Shown here piece after piece: positions 1 to 13,960 of a stretch of DNA of 64,000 bases. This DNA comes from Vicugna vicugna. Lineage: Eukaryota. The notes under the pieces were generated by a model. The model made no database searches. It saw only the letters and a list, made by a program, of their open reading frames with translations, and was not told the origin of the DNA. The stretch lies in assembly GCA_013265495.1 (NCBI GenBank), contig MU058650.1, forward strand, positions 213,394 through 277,393, given 5' to 3'. The position numbers were made by a program, and so were the translations under genes. Numbering within the stretch: the first letter of the stretch is position 1; every line of letters begins with the position of its first letter.

Positions 1-739
1 ATTAATACTAATTTGCTTAAAAATAGGTCTGGTTTCTATAAATTTGGTTTAATTATTTACATAAGTGTAATTGAACATATAGGCTCTTCTAAATTTGGCT
101 TTGCTGGATCTTATCAAAAGGGACCTCATATTGAGCTTATAAAATGGCTCTTAAGACCAGGAAAGCCATGTAAAGGGCCTGCTATCATATTCCACCCTCA
201 ATAGCTATAGATTTGGGTAAATTACCTTCTTTACAAGGTACCAAAATATCTTGAGATTCCTGCACCTGTCAAGAGGTGGTGTTCCTTATTCACCTGATAA
301 GGCTACTGTGAACCTAACAGTTCCTAATTTCTGAAGGAATCAAGTAGAGAGAAAAGGTAAATGTTTCAATTCTACCTACAAAGGTATAATTTACCAAGCA
401 GCTGTAAGTCAAAATTAGCTTAAGGGGAAGGTTTCCTTATATCCAGTTCAGCAGTATAATCTGAAAGTTATCAAAAACCTATACTTGTCAAAAAAATTGT
501 TTTTAAGAATCTTTCTGAATATGAAGCAATTTTACAATAGCATCAGAGTACAACAATAGCTGTCTATAAATAACAAAAGACAAAAAGACACAAAGACCTG
601 ATACAATTTAATTGACAAAGAAATCAGGTTATTTTGTGACATATAATATTAAAATAATATAATATTATACCAGGACCTTATTCAAATTTTTGAAATGTTA
701 TATAATTTCTAGAACTTTTGTATTAATGACATTTATCCA
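1..739 (-). mobile_element. Degenerate ERV1-class (MER4-group-like) internal region fragment
   Basis: Positions ~75-460 are colinear with ~52070-52430 (e.g. tatagatttgggt...caaaatatctt.agattcctgcac.tgtca), which lies next to an integrase remnant. No ORF. Family assignment is from memory. Confidence 0.6.
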
Positions 740-3700
740 CAGAGGGTCCCCAAAAGAAGAACCCAATTAGACCTATACCAAGACATTATAATTAAGATGG
801 CCAAGGCTAAAGATAAAGAAATGATTCTAAAGGTAGAAAAACCAAAGGGTTAGTTATAAGGGGATCCTCATAAAGCTTTCAGCTGATTTCTCTACACAAT
901 CATTTCAGGTCAGAAGGGAGTGGCAAGATATAAAGCTGCAACCTAGGACATACAATTCAGCAAGACTATCCTTTAGAATAGAAAGAAAGATAAAGAATTT
1001 CATGGACAAGCAAAAACTAAAAAAATTCAGCAATACTAAACCCATGCTAAAAGAAAAATTGAATGGTCTACTCTAAATAGAAAAGAAGCAGAATGCTATA
1101 GAAAGGAGAAAACCATAATTGGAAAGATGATAACTACAATGAGATGCAACAGAATAAACATGAAGATGTAAAAGAGGACATCAAAAATATTAAAGGTGGG
1201 AAAGGGGAGCAAAACTACAAACTTCTTTCTTTTGGTTCTTTTTAAGATGTGTTTGAGCTCATATGACTTTAAGTTTAAAGCAAACAGATATAGTATTGGG
1301 TTAATATACTTGAAAAACAGGCTAACCACAAATCAAAAGCATGCAACAGAGTCACAAGAACCAAAAGACACCAAGATAATACAAAAGAAAATTATCAAAC
1401 CACAAAAGGAAAAACAAAAAGAAAGAAACAAAGGGGAAACACTAAAACAACTGGAAAACAAAGTTCAAAATGTCAATAAACACACATCTATCAATAATAA
1501 CCATAAATGCCAATGGGCTAAATGCTCCAATCAAAAGACATAGAGTGCAGATTGGATATTAAAACAAAAACATACAATACGCTGCATACAAGAGATCCAC
1601 ATTAGGGTGAAGGTCACACATAGATTGAAAGTGAGAGGATGGAAAAGATATTTCATTTAAAAGGAAATGACAAGAAATCAGGAGTAGCAATACTCATATC
1701 AGACAAAATAGACTTTAAAACAAAGGCCATAAAGAAGGACACTATATAATGATCAAAGGAGCAATACAAGATGAGGATATTACACTCATTAACATATATG
1801 CACCCAATATAGGAGCACCTAAATACATAAAGCAAATACTAACAAGCATAAAGGGAGAAATCAATGGGAACACAATCATAGTAGGAGACTTTAACAACAC
1901 ATTAACATCATTGGACAGATCTTCCTGACAGAAAGTCAACAAGACAATGGACATACAAAATGCCACAAAAGAACAGTTGGATGTGGTTGATATTTTTATG
2001 ACATTACATACCCAACAAACAGAATATATATTCTTTTCAAGCGTGCATGGAACATTCTCTAGGATAGACCACATACTCGGGCACAAATGAAGCCTCAACA
2101 AATTTGATAGAAATTATTTCAAGCATCTTTTCTGACTACAATGCCACAAAACTAGAAATCAACCATAGAAAAAAAAGGAGAAAAAAATGACAGCATGGAG
2201 ATTAAATATGTTACCAAAAAAAAACAATTGGTCAACAATGAAGTCAAAGAAGAAATTAAAAAATATTTTGAGACAAATGACAATGAAAACACAATCACAC
2301 AAAATCTATGCAATGCAGCAAAAGCAGTCCTAAAAGGGAAGTTCCTAGCAATACAGGCCTTCCACAAAAAATAAGAAAAATCTCAGATAAACAACCTAAT
2401 TTACCACCTAAAGAATTAGAAAAACAAGAGCAAACAAAACCTAATGCCAGCAGAAGGAAATAAATAATAAAGATCAAGGAGGAAATAAAGTAGAGGTTTT
2501 AAAAAGTAGAAAAAATCAATCAAAGAGCTGGTTTTTTGAAGGGTAAACTAAATTGACAAATTTCTGGCCAGGATCACAAAAAATAAAAGAGAGAGAACAC
2601 AAATAAACAAAATGAGAAAGGAAAATGGAGAAATTACAACCAATATACAGAAATACAAAAACAAAAACAAAAACCCCATAGGAGAATACTATGAACAGCT
2701 ATATTGAAACAAATTGGACAACCTAGAAGAAATGGACAAATTTCTGGAAACACGCAGTCCACCAAAACTGAATCAAGAAGAAACAGATTACTCGAAGAGT
2801 CCAATCAATAGAGATTACATAGAATCAGAAACAAATCTCCCTACAACAAAATTCTATAGCCAGATGGCTTCACTGGGGAATTCAACCAAACATACAAAAA
2901 AGAACTCATACTGATCCTTGTCAAACTCTTCCAAAAGATTTAAAAGGAGAGAAAATTCCCAAACTCATTCTATGAAACCACCATTACTCTGATACTAAAA
3001 CCAGAGAAAGACACTATCAAAAAAGAGAATTACAGGCCAATATCATTGATGAATATAGATGTAAAAACCCTCAACAATATATTAGCAAACAGAATCCAAC
3101 AGCACATAAAAAGAATCATACACCCTGATCAATTTGGTTCCATCCTAGGGACACAAGGATGGTTCAACACGTGCAAAACAATCAGTGTGATACACCACAT
3201 CAACAAAAGAAGGGACAAACATCACATGATCATCTCAATAGATGAAAAAGCATTTGACAAAATTCAGCACCCATTTATGATAAAAACTGTTACCAAAGTG
3301 GGTATAGAGGGAACATATATCAACATAACAAAAGCTATTCATGACAAGCCCACAGACAGCATAATATTCAATAGTGAAAAACTCAAAGCCTTCCCACTAA
3401 AATCTGGAGCACGACAAGGATACACCCTCTCACAAATTCTATTCAAGATAGTGTGGGAAGTCCTAGCCACAGCAGTCAGGCAAGAAAAAGAAATAAAAGG
3501 AATCCAAATTGGAAGAGAAGAGGTAAAATTGTCACTATGTGCAGATGACATGATACTATGTATAGAAAACCCTTAAAGCTCCACACAAAAACAACTAGAG
3601 ATAATAAAAAAAATTCAGCAACGTAGCAGGAAAAAAGATTAACATGCAGAAGTCAGTTGCCTTTCTTTACACTAACAATGAAATAGCAGGAAAAGAAAGT

Positions 3701-4690
3701 AAAGAAACACTCTCCTTAAAAATTGCATCCAAAAAAATAAAATACTTAGGAATAAATCTGACCAAGGAGCTGAAAGATATATATATGGAGAACTACAGAA
3801 CATTGATAAAGAAAATTAAAGATGACTTAAATAAATGGAAAAATTTACCATACTCTTGAATTAGAAGAATGAATATTGTTAAAATGGCCATACTGCCCTT
3901 GGCAATCTACAAATTCAATATGATCCCTAACAAATTACCTGTGACATTTGTCACAGAACTAGAACAAATAATCCTAAAATGTATATAGAATCACAAAGAC
4001 CCAGAATTGCCAAAGCAATACTGAAGAAAAAGAACACAGCTGGAGGAATAACCCTCCCAGACTTCAGACAATACTACAGAGCTACAGTAATCAAAACAGC
4101 CTGGTATTGGAACAATAACAGACATATAGACCAATGAAACAGGATAGAGAGCCCAGAAATAAATCCACAGATCTACAGTCAATTAATCTTTGACAAAGGA
4201 GACAAGAATATACAATAGAGAAAAGACAGTTTCTTCAGCAAGTGGTGTTGGGAAAACCAGACAGCAGCATGTAAATCAGTGAAGTTAGAACACTCTCTCA
4301 CACCATACACAAAAATAAACTCAAAATGGCTTAAAGATTTAAATACAAGACAAGGCACTCTAAACCTCTTAGAAGAAAACCTAGACAAAGTATTATATGA
4401 CATAAATCTCAGCCTTGTTCTCCTAGGGCAGTCTACCCAGGCAATAGAAATAAAAGCAAAAATAAACAATGGGACCTAATTAAATTGATAAGGTTTTTCA
4501 CAGCAAGGGAAATCATAAGCAAAACAAAATGACAACTTACAGAATGGGAGAAAGTATTGGCAAATTATGTGACTGACAAAGGCTTAATTCCCAGAATATA
4601 TAAAGAGCTCATACAACTTAACAACAACAACCAGCAACCCAATCCAAAAATGGGCCGAAGACCTAAAAGAGCAATTCTCCAGTGAAGACG
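740..4690 (+). mobile_element. LINE-1 fragment, truncated at both ends: 3' half of ORF1, inter-ORF spacer, most of ORF2 (disabled)
   Basis: ORF1 remnant ~740-1076. ORF2 starts ~1470 with endonuclease-like HLSIITIN.NGLNAPIKRHR and IIVGDFN. RT motifs in ORF 3046-3576 ([32 protein letters not shown] = F/YADD box). Later ORF2 pieces [10 protein letters not shown] and LTPYTKINSKWLKDLN. Many stops and frameshifts; no 3' UTR or tail. Confidence 0.95.
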
Positions 4691-4994
4691 TAAATATAAA
4701 TATATAAGTTGATCACACTTTTAGAGCCTCCATGTTTTTAAAATTTCCTTTCTCATGAGTACAGAAATTTAACTAGCTATTTTATCTAAAGTTGAAATGG
4801 GGCTTAGTTCGTGACTCCAAGTTTCCATTTTTCTCTCCATAAACTAAGGAGCTTTTTACTTAAACTCTTTTCTCCTGGGCTTCCATTTGAAAGAAGAATA
4901 TTTTCAAATGGAGCGTGATGCTGATGGGACACAGAAACCATTCTGTTTTGTGAACTGGGACTTTAGCCTGGTCCTTTAAATAGCTTTACTTAAG

Positions 4995-5104
4995 AGTGAG
5001 TGGGTATGTATTTATATGCCTAAAACATTATGCTGTATACCAGAAATTTACACGACATTGTAAACTGACTATACTGCAATACAAAAGAACACAAGAAAAA
5101 AAAA
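4995..5104 (+). mobile_element. Short LINE-1 3' terminus
   Basis: tgctgtataccagaaatttacacgacattgtaaactgactatactgcaata followed by an A-rich tail; matches other L1 3' ends in the window (e.g. ~53830-53880). Confidence 0.7.
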
Positions 5105-6984
5105 GAGTAGCTGAAAAAGGACTGTTAATCTCATTTGTGATCAGTGGCACTACTTTATACAGTGGCTTGTTCTATCCCACTGCCATTCATTTGTTCATTC
5201 GTTTCCATCCATTCAGCATCGATTTACTTATTTATTTTAAAAGTGTTCATTGAATTCCTACTATATGCTAAGCAATGTGTTAGCAGTGGAGATACGAGGA
5301 TAAACAAGAACAGGTCTGACCTCAAATTGCTTTGACTGTGGTGGAACAGAAAACAACAGAATTATAACAGTTGTTGTAAGAGCACATGGAAGGAATGATT
5401 TACTGTTCTGTGTGGTGTTGGAAAGTAGTTTCAGAAGGCTTACAAGAGCAACTGATACTAGGACAAAAGGAAAAGAGGAATGGAAAAAATGGACAAAAGG
5501 AAAAAGGAATTTAATATTTTAGGGCTATTCACTATGAGCCAAGCCCTATACAGGGCACCTTATGATCTTTTTCTTATTTATCTGATTAACCTTGCATGGT
5601 GCATTATCCCTATTTTATATATGAGAAAACAGAAGCTCAGATATATTGGTCAAGGTTATTATGGAAATAAGTAACAGAACTGAGATGGCTCTACATCAGG
5701 TTCTTCATAACCATGTTCCTTCCAATAAGCCTAAAAGAGGAAACAGGTTTAAATACTGAATGTGCAGTGTACTCACATTTTGCCAAGTATGCCAGACTTT
5801 TCTCTCATTTAGCCTGCTTTGCCTATAGCTCCTGAAACATTTGATTACTTCTCCAATGCCAACTATAACTAATCTGACCAACAGCAAACCTATCAACAGC
5901 CAGAGCTGACCTAATGAGATTATCTCTTAAGAATGTGAACAAAAAACTATGATCATGATGGTGTACATGGTTTGCTGGCCTGGTGGGTCACTTCATGGTG
6001 AGGCTGAAGCAGACTGGAGGTAATGAAGCAAACCAGTGTCATATGTGAGCCAACATACTGCAGGATCAGAAACCATGAGTAAGCAAAGAAAACTGTCAGA
6101 GGAAGAAGAGAGAAGCAGAAAGAGGCTTCTGGAAATTGGGAGACACTAAGACATGGCAGCTATAATTATTGAAAGAAAATTTCTGTTTCTTATTAAGACA
6201 GTCTGGCTGTATTTCTCAACTTTCCTATTACCCTTCTCCCCACTACCATTGTATATACAAACCTTTAACTGGAGCTAAATATTATTAGACTTATTTTGAT
6301 AAAAATATTTTGAACGGGGCCAACACTAAGAGCATAAGAGACAACAGCTTAGAATCACTGGAGCAGAATGGCACCTTGTTTACACCAATGAGCTTTGAAG
6401 AGGAACGGGGTCAGGGTGAGAATATGAAGTGATTTTTATGTCAGGCCAAAGATTTGGACCCTAATATAAAAGGATAGGGGAGGATGTAAGAGCCTTTGAA
6501 TGCTTTAAAGCACTTCTTTGAACTATCATAACTGGTTTATCTTTGTACCAGCAGTACCTGACTGAGAAGCTTGTGCACAATTTATGTTTGAAAAATATTT
6601 TTTGTAACAATTAAACAAATGAGAGAAAAAATAATCAGAGAATTCAGTTCTACAGCACAATTATAATAAGTAAAATTATGATTGAAATCTAATTATAAAG
6701 AGCTTTGAGGATGGATTGAGCATTAAAGGATCATGGGATGATGCCAACAGTGAAACATGGACATAATCCCACCAGCGATGACGTGGAAGCATAAGACAGC
6801 ATTGTCTATGCTGAAGGTGATGAGTAGTGTGATATAATTTTGAAGAGAAAAGAAGGGATGGCAGAGGATGAAGTGTGAGAGATCAGTAGGGATTTGTTCA
6901 AGAAAGACTTTGTAATACCTACTAACAATCTGGAACATTCATGTTCTACAAGTTCACAAAGAATCACTGAAGGATTTTCTGTAG

Positions 6985-7510
6985 AGGAATTAATTCATTC
7001 ACTCCCACAACAAATATTTATTGATTAAAAAAACTATGTTCCAGCTATCATTCTTTGTACTGTGAATGTACTGGTGAGCAAAATAGTAAAGAAAAAAAAA
7101 CTTACATAATTTACATTTTATTGGAAACAGACTGACAATAAAATAATATAATCAAATGTACAAAGTTTACTAGAAGTAATATGTGATATGAAAAAGTAAT
7201 TACATTGGGTAAGGAGAATTAGAAGTGACAGGCAGGAGGCTGCTGTTTTAACTGGGTGGTTGGTGGAGGCATCACTGAAAAGATGGTTTGAGCAAAGGTG
7301 TGAAGAAGATGAACGAATAAACCTTAGTGATGCCTGGTGGAAGGACATTGCAGGAACAGATTTTCTCCCACCACCATAAGTGGCCTGAGACAAAAGACTG
7401 GTCAGCCAGGGAAAGTCAGAACTATAGGGACCAGGTAGAATGTGTGAAATGGAGAGTAGGAGATAGGATCAGAGTAGGAATGTGAGGCCAGATTATGTAG
7501 TGCCTCATGA
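6985..7510 (-). mobile_element. Old LINE-2 fragment
   Basis: attcattcac...caacaaatatttattga...ctatgttccag is the typical reverse-strand L2 3' end; the L2-like text appears to resume at ~8529. Confidence 0.6.
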
Positions 7511-7589
7511 GCAGACATCATTTTGGTGTGGATATTCTGGCAGCTAAGCAGAGATATTTTTCTTTTCTTTTTTTTCTCACCTGATTGCT

Positions 7590-8513
7590 ACTATTTATTG
7601 ATTGATTGAAGTATAGTTGATTTACAAAGCTGTGTTAGTTTCTGGTGTACAGTACAGTGATTCAGTCCTATTTATGTATACATATTCTTTTTCATCATAG
7701 GTTATTACAAGGTAATGAATATAGTTCCCTGTGCTGTACCGTAAGACCTTGCTGTTTATCTATTTTATATGTCATAGTTTGTATCTGCTAATCCCAAACT
7801 CTTAATTTATCCCTCCCCCCTTTCCCCTTGGGTAATCATAAATTTGTTTTCCATGTACGTGAGTCTGTTTCTGTTTTGTAAATAAGTATACTTGTACCAT
7901 TTTTTTTTTAGATTCCACACATAAGTGATATTATGTGACATTGGCATTTCTCTGTTTGACTTACTTCACTTAGTGTGATAATCTCTAGGTCCACCCATGT
8001 TGCTGTAAATGACATTATATCATTCTTTTTATGGCTGAATAATATTCCATTATATATATATATATATATATATAACCACTTCTTTATTCAATCATCTGTC
8101 AATGGATATTTAGGTCACTTCCATGTCTTAGCTATTGTAAATAGTGCTGCTATGAACATTAGGAACCATGTATCTTTTTGAATTGGAGTTTTCTCCGATA
8201 TATACCCAGGATGAGATTGCTGGATCATATAGTAGCTTTATTTTTAGTTTTTAAGGAATCTCCATACTGTTTTCTATAGTGGATGCACAAAAGTACATTA
8301 TTACCAGCAGCATAGGAGGGTTCCCTTTTCTCTACATCTTCTCCAGCATTTATTATCTGTGGACTTTTTAATGATGACCATTCTGAGTGCTATGAGGTGA
8401 TACTTCATTGTAGTTTTGATTTGCATTTCTCTGATAGTTAGTGATACTGAGCATCTTTTCATATGCCTATTGGTGATCTGCATGTCTTCACTGGAGAAAT
8501 GTCTGTTTAGGTC
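7590..8513 (-). mobile_element. 5'-truncated LINE-1 (ORF2 C-terminus plus 3' UTR)
   Basis: ORF 8301-8483(-) [24 protein letters not shown]...KCWRRC is the L1 ORF2 cysteine-rich domain. Reverse-strand 3' end ttgaagtatagttgatttaca at ~7606. Internal (TA)n at 8051-8074. Confidence 0.92.
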
Positions 8514-8619
8514 CAGAAGATATATATTTAGGACAGTAAGACACTTAGGATAATTTTGGTTCTAAATAATGGAAATTACAATAAGGAAACTTATTTGGTC
8601 ATATTATAGGATCTGAAGA

Positions 8620-9320
8620 TAAGGAATTTACAATAGATTAGAGACTGCAGAAGAAAAAGATCAGTGAACTTGAGTATGTACTTACATTCTATCCAAAAAA
8701 AAGCACAAAGAGAAGAGAAAAAAAACCTGAAAAAAATTACCAGAGCAGCATTGACCTGTTACGTCTAAAATACGTGTAATTTGAATCCAAAAAATGTAGA
8801 ACAGAAAGTAATTGAGAAAAAAAGACAAATTTTTTCTAAATTCAATAAAAACTAAATTCAAGACTCAAGAATTTCAGCTAACCTCTAGCCTTATAAAGAA
8901 AACCACACCAAAGTACACCAAAATCAAATGCTGAAAACCAAGGATAAAGGGAAAATCATGAAGGAGCCAGGAAAAAAGGACAGAATATGCATAAAGGAAC
9001 AAAGTTAAAAATTACTGCAGCATTACTGTTAGAACCTATTTAAGCCTGAAAACAATGAAGGGATCTTAAAATGATAAAGGAGAAAAATAAAGTCAACCTA
9101 GATTTTTATCCTGTGCAAGAAATGCCTGTTACAAAAGAATATGAAATACTTTTTAAACAAGTGAGAGCTGAAAGAATTCATCTCTAGCAGACTGTAATTA
9201 CAAACAAGTATAATGGAAGTTCCACAGGCAGAAAGACAATTCTACCAGAGAGAATTTCATAAATACACAAAGGAATTAAGATTGCCAAATGTGGTAAATT
9301 TGTGGATGAATATAAAAATC
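8620..9320 (+). mobile_element. Ancient LINE-1 ORF1-region fragment
   Basis: A-rich, with gaagaaaaagatcagtgaacttga, aaaaccacaccaaagtacac...aatcaaatgctgaaaacc and gtcaacctaga motifs typical of L1 ORF1; highly degenerate. Confidence 0.65.
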
Positions 9321-11494
9321 ATCTCCCATCAAATATCAATCTAACATTACATCCTTACTACCATCCTGATAGGGTTCTGCACCAAGCCAACACCACCTAG
9401 TAATCTTTCAACTAGACATGCATTTTAATTGGTCTCCCTGGTTCAGCCCTTATTCCAATACATTGTATTCGCAACACAACAGACAGACTTTTAAAATATG
9501 CCTTGCAGATTATATCACCTTCTTGCTCACAATCCTCCAATAGCTTCTCAGCTTATTTATAGTAAAAGCCAAATCTTCATAATTATTACAAAACTCTATA
9601 ACATTAGCTCTCCCTGTATCCTCCTCCTCTCTGAAACCTTATCTTAGAGAACCTTTCCCTTCATCCATTCTACTCAGCAACATTGACTTCTTTGCTAGTC
9701 TTTGAAGACAACAGGCATTTTCCTATCCCATAATTTTTGCTGTTAATTCTCTTCCCAACTAGAGCATACTTCCCCTGTATATCCCCAAAGCTCACTTCCT
9801 CATCTCCTTTTCCTTCTGTACAATGTCAACTCAGAAATGCCTTCTTTGTCACATCCACAGCCCCCAAATTTCCTCTCTTTCTTTCATTATTTTTAAAACT
9901 TTTATTATTTATAGCAGTTTTAGATTCTCAGCAAAATTGAGAGGAAGGCAGATTTCCCATATGCCCCCTATTTCCACATGTGCAGAGCCTCCGTCATTAT
10001 CAACATCTCCCACAAGAGTGGTGCATTTGTTACAAATTTCCCATGCTTTTTTTCTTTTAACATAGTATTTATTACCATTTGACACACTCAGTATTTTTCT
10101 TATTTTATTTATGTCTCTTCTACTAAAATTCAAGTTCCAAGGTGACTCAAATGTATTCTGTATGAAATTTTTCTTTGCCTTTCCAGGATAGTCACAGTTT
10201 CCTCAGCTTCTCATTCATACCACACTGTATGCGAGTTCCAACTGGTTACGTTCTCATTAACACTTGATATTGTCAGTCTTTTTTTCCTTTGACCGTTCTG
10301 CTAAGGGAGGAGAATTTGCTCCCTGAAAGATGGGAGGTGTTGTTTCTGGAAGAAAGAATGTATACTACAAGACAAAAGCATCAAATACATACACAAATAC
10401 AGGAAAAACATGACTATACTTGTAAAAATAAAAATGTGGAATAAGATCAATCCAATACAGACTTCTGTAGGCTAATTATGACAAGGGGATAAAAAGATAG
10501 AAATTTTTAATGGATTGGTGACATGTTCCAAATTATTTCTCTTATTCCTCAGTAGGCACTGACAGAAAATCCTTGTCAGCCATTTGGAGTGTGAGACAGA
10601 TAGTTGTTAATTTCATGCTTTGGGAAAGTTTGAGAGATTTTCAAGTTCAATTATTTAAATTGCCATTAAATTCCCTACAGTAAATTTTAACCAGCAACCT
10701 GGCTGGAGAATCCCTTATGCATTTTTAAAAATATTATTGAAGTAAAATTTAAATATAGGAAATGATACAAATTATAAAGATACAGCTCAATTTTCACAAG
10801 TTGAATACACCAACGTAAACATTGCCCAGATCTAAAAACAAAATACTTCAAGCATTTAAAGAGTCTCCTTTATAGTCCCTTCTACTCACCATCTGTTTCA
10901 AGAATAACCATTATTCAGGCTTCCTCCTGATAACATTTTCCCATTCTTTACTTTGAAGTGGAATCAAATCACCCGCGATTTTAGTGTCAGACTTTTTTTT
11001 TCTTCAGTGTTAAGTCTGTGAGATGCAGCCGTATTGTTGACTGCAGCTGTAAACTGGGTATCCTCACTGCTGGACTTGACCATTCATTTACCTAATCTAC
11101 TGTCAGTGGACATTTTTTTCAGTTTGGGGCAGTTGTGCTTCTATTAAGGTTCTAATGCATATCTTTTGGCAAATGTTACACACAGATACAGTTCTGTTGG
11201 ATATGTACCGAAGAGTGGAAGTGCCGTCTTATGGGTTGGCCACATATCTGTTTTTAAACAATATCACCAGTGTTTTCATTTTACTTTGTATGGTAAATAG
11301 TGCACTTGATTACAGGCAGCAGAGTACTTTACTGTCTGGTGATTGCAAGCAGACAGGTAAGCTGCTGCTAAGTGTGTAATACATTTTGCAAGCATATACC
11401 AGAGCCAGGTCTCTTAGTTTCCTTTCTATCAGAGATTCAGAGATCATAATCTTATTCTACCTGTTGTTCAATATTTGTTTTATATATTGTCCCA

Positions 11495-12030
11495 AATTTT
11501 TCCAACTTTATTAAGAAATTACTGACAAATATAATTGTATATATTTTAAGTGTACAATGTGATTGTCACACACACACACACAGACACACAAATTGTGGAA
11601 TGATCACCAACATTGAGATAATTAACATAGCCATCACCTCACATAGTTAACTGTGTGTGTGTGTATTGTGTGTGTGTCTGTGTGGTGAGAATGCCTAAGA
11701 TCTTTTTTTATTTTTTTCTTTTTTTTCGTCGGGGGAGGTAACTAGGTTTATTTATTTTTAGAGAAGGTACTGGTGATTGAACTCAGGCCCTCATGCATGC
11801 TAAGCAAGCGCTCTACCACTTGAGCTATACCTTCCCCCCCAGGAATGCCTAATATCTACTCTCAGAACTTTCACGTATACAATACTGTTATAATTAACTA
11901 TAGTCACCATGTTTTATGTTATATTCTTAGGGCTTATTTTTCATAAAAATGAAGTTTGTGCCTTTTGACCTACATTTCTCCATTTCTCCCTCCCTTAGAT
12001 CCAGGCAATCCCATTTTATCCTGTTTCTAT
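11495..12030 (-). mobile_element. L1MA-like 3' UTR fragment hosting a SINE and CA/TG microsatellites
   Basis: aattgtatatattttaagtgtacaatgtgat...ccatcacctcacatagtta...ttaactatagtcaccatg resembles an L1MA 3' end on the reverse strand. Confidence 0.7.
11704..11842 (-). mobile_element. tRNA-derived SINE, camelid Vic-1-like
   Basis: Reverse complement reads ggggggaaggTATAGCTCAAGTGGtagagcgcttgcttagcatgcatgagggcctGAGTTCAATCaccagtacc...aaataaataaacctagttacctcccc then poly(A): Pol III A and B boxes on a tRNA-Ala-like head. 15-bp TSD gaatgcctaa(g/t)atct at 11689-11703 and 11843-11857. Confidence 0.9.
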
Positions 12031-12901
12031 GAAATTATCTTTTTGGGAAATTTTCACATATATTTCCACTTTTCTGGCTACAGAAGGAGAGCAAATCAGT
12101 TAATGTTCACAGCTGGAAAGAAAGTCCTCTTTCTTTTACTTTATTTTTCTCTCAATTCATTTTGAAGTTTTCTATGTAAAGGTCATGCATGAAATGTATT
12201 TATTTCTAGATATTTAATACTTTTTAATACTATTATACACTGTAACTTTTATTCTATATTTTTGCTAGTATATAGAAATAACAATTTTTAAAACATTAAC
12301 ATGGTATCTAGCAATCATGCTAAGTTCAATAATTCTAATAACATACCTCTGGATTATTTTTTATTGTCTTAGTATACAATTAGTCTTTTTTTGGCATCTT
12401 CAGCTCCAACTATAGGTCAAAGAGAGGATTGGAGAAAGACTTCATACTGGTGGCTACAATCACACTTAACCCTGAGTGATGAGCCATAGTGCACCTGTTA
12501 GAAATGAAGTATTAGACATTTTAGGCAGAGGAAACTGTCTAATGACACAGACATGGGAATGATGGAACCTGAGATCATTAAAAGATACACAGGGGTAGAT
12601 GAAACTAGAGAAATTAGTGGAAACCAAATGGTAAATGTTTCCGTATGTCAAATCAAGGAATTTGGAGGTTTTCCCACTCAACAAGAGTGTAAAGCAGTCA
12701 GTTTGAGATTTAAAGACCCCATTCCTGTGGCCAGTGCTGTTATGTATGACCACAGACATTGTATTTGTACAATTCCAGGGGATGCCATTTACCTCTGCTG
12801 CCATGTAAGCTGCACCCTTTGAAGTTGTGTAACAAGGCAACCCAGCTTGTGGGAGCATGGCGGAGAGATTGGAGAGGTGTTCTTAGAGACAGGGAAATCA
12901 C

Positions 12902-13960
12902 TGTGAAATAAAAACAAATCCAAACTTCAGTAAGGAGAGACTTTACTAAAAGACTATTACAATAAGGAGAACACTGTGTAATATCTGTAAGTGTCTCAAA
13001 TCTCAGATAGCAAAGGATCTTTCTTGGATAGAGAGGAGTCACAAACCTAGAAAACAAAAAACAAAAAACAAAAAACAAGATCAGCATTGGGACGGAGAAT
13101 GTTTTTCCTGAGATCAGCAGATGATGCATGGAAGGGGTTCTAAGGAGGAGTAGTTCTGCACTGTAATGCGGGACCAGGCTTCCATCAAAGTTCAGAGTCC
13201 TGTGGGGAGGGGAGAAGCTTAAGTAAAGTTTGGTCAAGTCCAGTTAACAATCACTTTGTTCCAGTTGACTGATGGGGACAGACATTTCAGCTAATCACTG
13301 ATAAGGCAGAAAATGGAAATTTGGAGGGTCTGTGTCTGGCCTTGTCCTCAGGTAAACAAGGGGGTTATTCTTCATGAGTTTTATCTAAGTCATGTAGGAA
13401 TCTGGGATCTTTGCAGTAAGTCATTTCCTGGAACACAAGAGATGGAGGATTCCTTTAATGATTGATTGTTACCAAACCAAACTTGGGTCTGCTCGCCCAT
13501 ATGCCGTAAAGCCAGTCAACTGAGACTGGGCTGTGAGGAGCTTAGGGAAGTTAGTGCTCAAAACACAAGTCCCTGATGAGCGTCACAGAAGAATTTTTAA
13601 AAGGCAAGGTGAGGGAGGGGAATTGGAGGGTATGCAATTGGCAAGTGTGCAATTCTCTGATTGGCTGATGGTGAGGTAATAGGGAGGCATCACAGGGTTA
13701 ATATTATCAATCCTTAGGTTTCAGTAGGTCTGAGGACTGTGTGCTCATGGTGATCAAGTAGTTAAAGTCTTCCACTTGGTGGGAGTTTCACGTCTGTAAA
13801 ACACCTTAGGAAATGTGCATCTGATACTGTTATCAGGTCCTTCAGACAGGAGCTAAAGCAGAGGGTGTGGGGAGGAATCTGTCCCAGGAAGGCCCCATAG
13901 GGTCCTGCTCTGTTGCAGCTATTTTCTAGGATTATGTGGCTCAAGTAAACTTCAAAATGA
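12902..13960 (-). mobile_element. Old ERV LTR with a second LTR nested at ~13467-13917
   Basis: Inner element runs tgttaccaaaccaaacttgggtctgctcgccc...gtcctgctctgttgca (TG...CA), with the same terminus as 24807 and 43239. Host LTR-like sequence resumes afterwards. No clean TSD. Confidence 0.65.

Noticed and set aside
3046..3576. Reverse transcriptase ORF as part of a novel RT system
   Set aside because: It is an ordinary disabled LINE-1 ORF2 fragment (CADD in place of F/YADD) in L1 context.
4660..8513. The + strand L1 ends (4660-4689) at the same consensus position where the - strand L1 begins (8484-8513; 25/30 inverted match), suggesting one L1 broken by a 3.8 kb inversion.
   Set aside because: The L2-like host left of the - strand L1 (~7500) appears to resume colinearly at ~8529, a degenerate TSD flanks that L1, and the overlap has five mismatches. 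Two independent insertions fit better; an ortholog alignment would settle it.
11765..11835. tRNA-Ala-like gene on the - strand
   Set aside because: It has a SINE body, poly(A) tail and TSD and lacks a proper acceptor stem; it is a SINE head.
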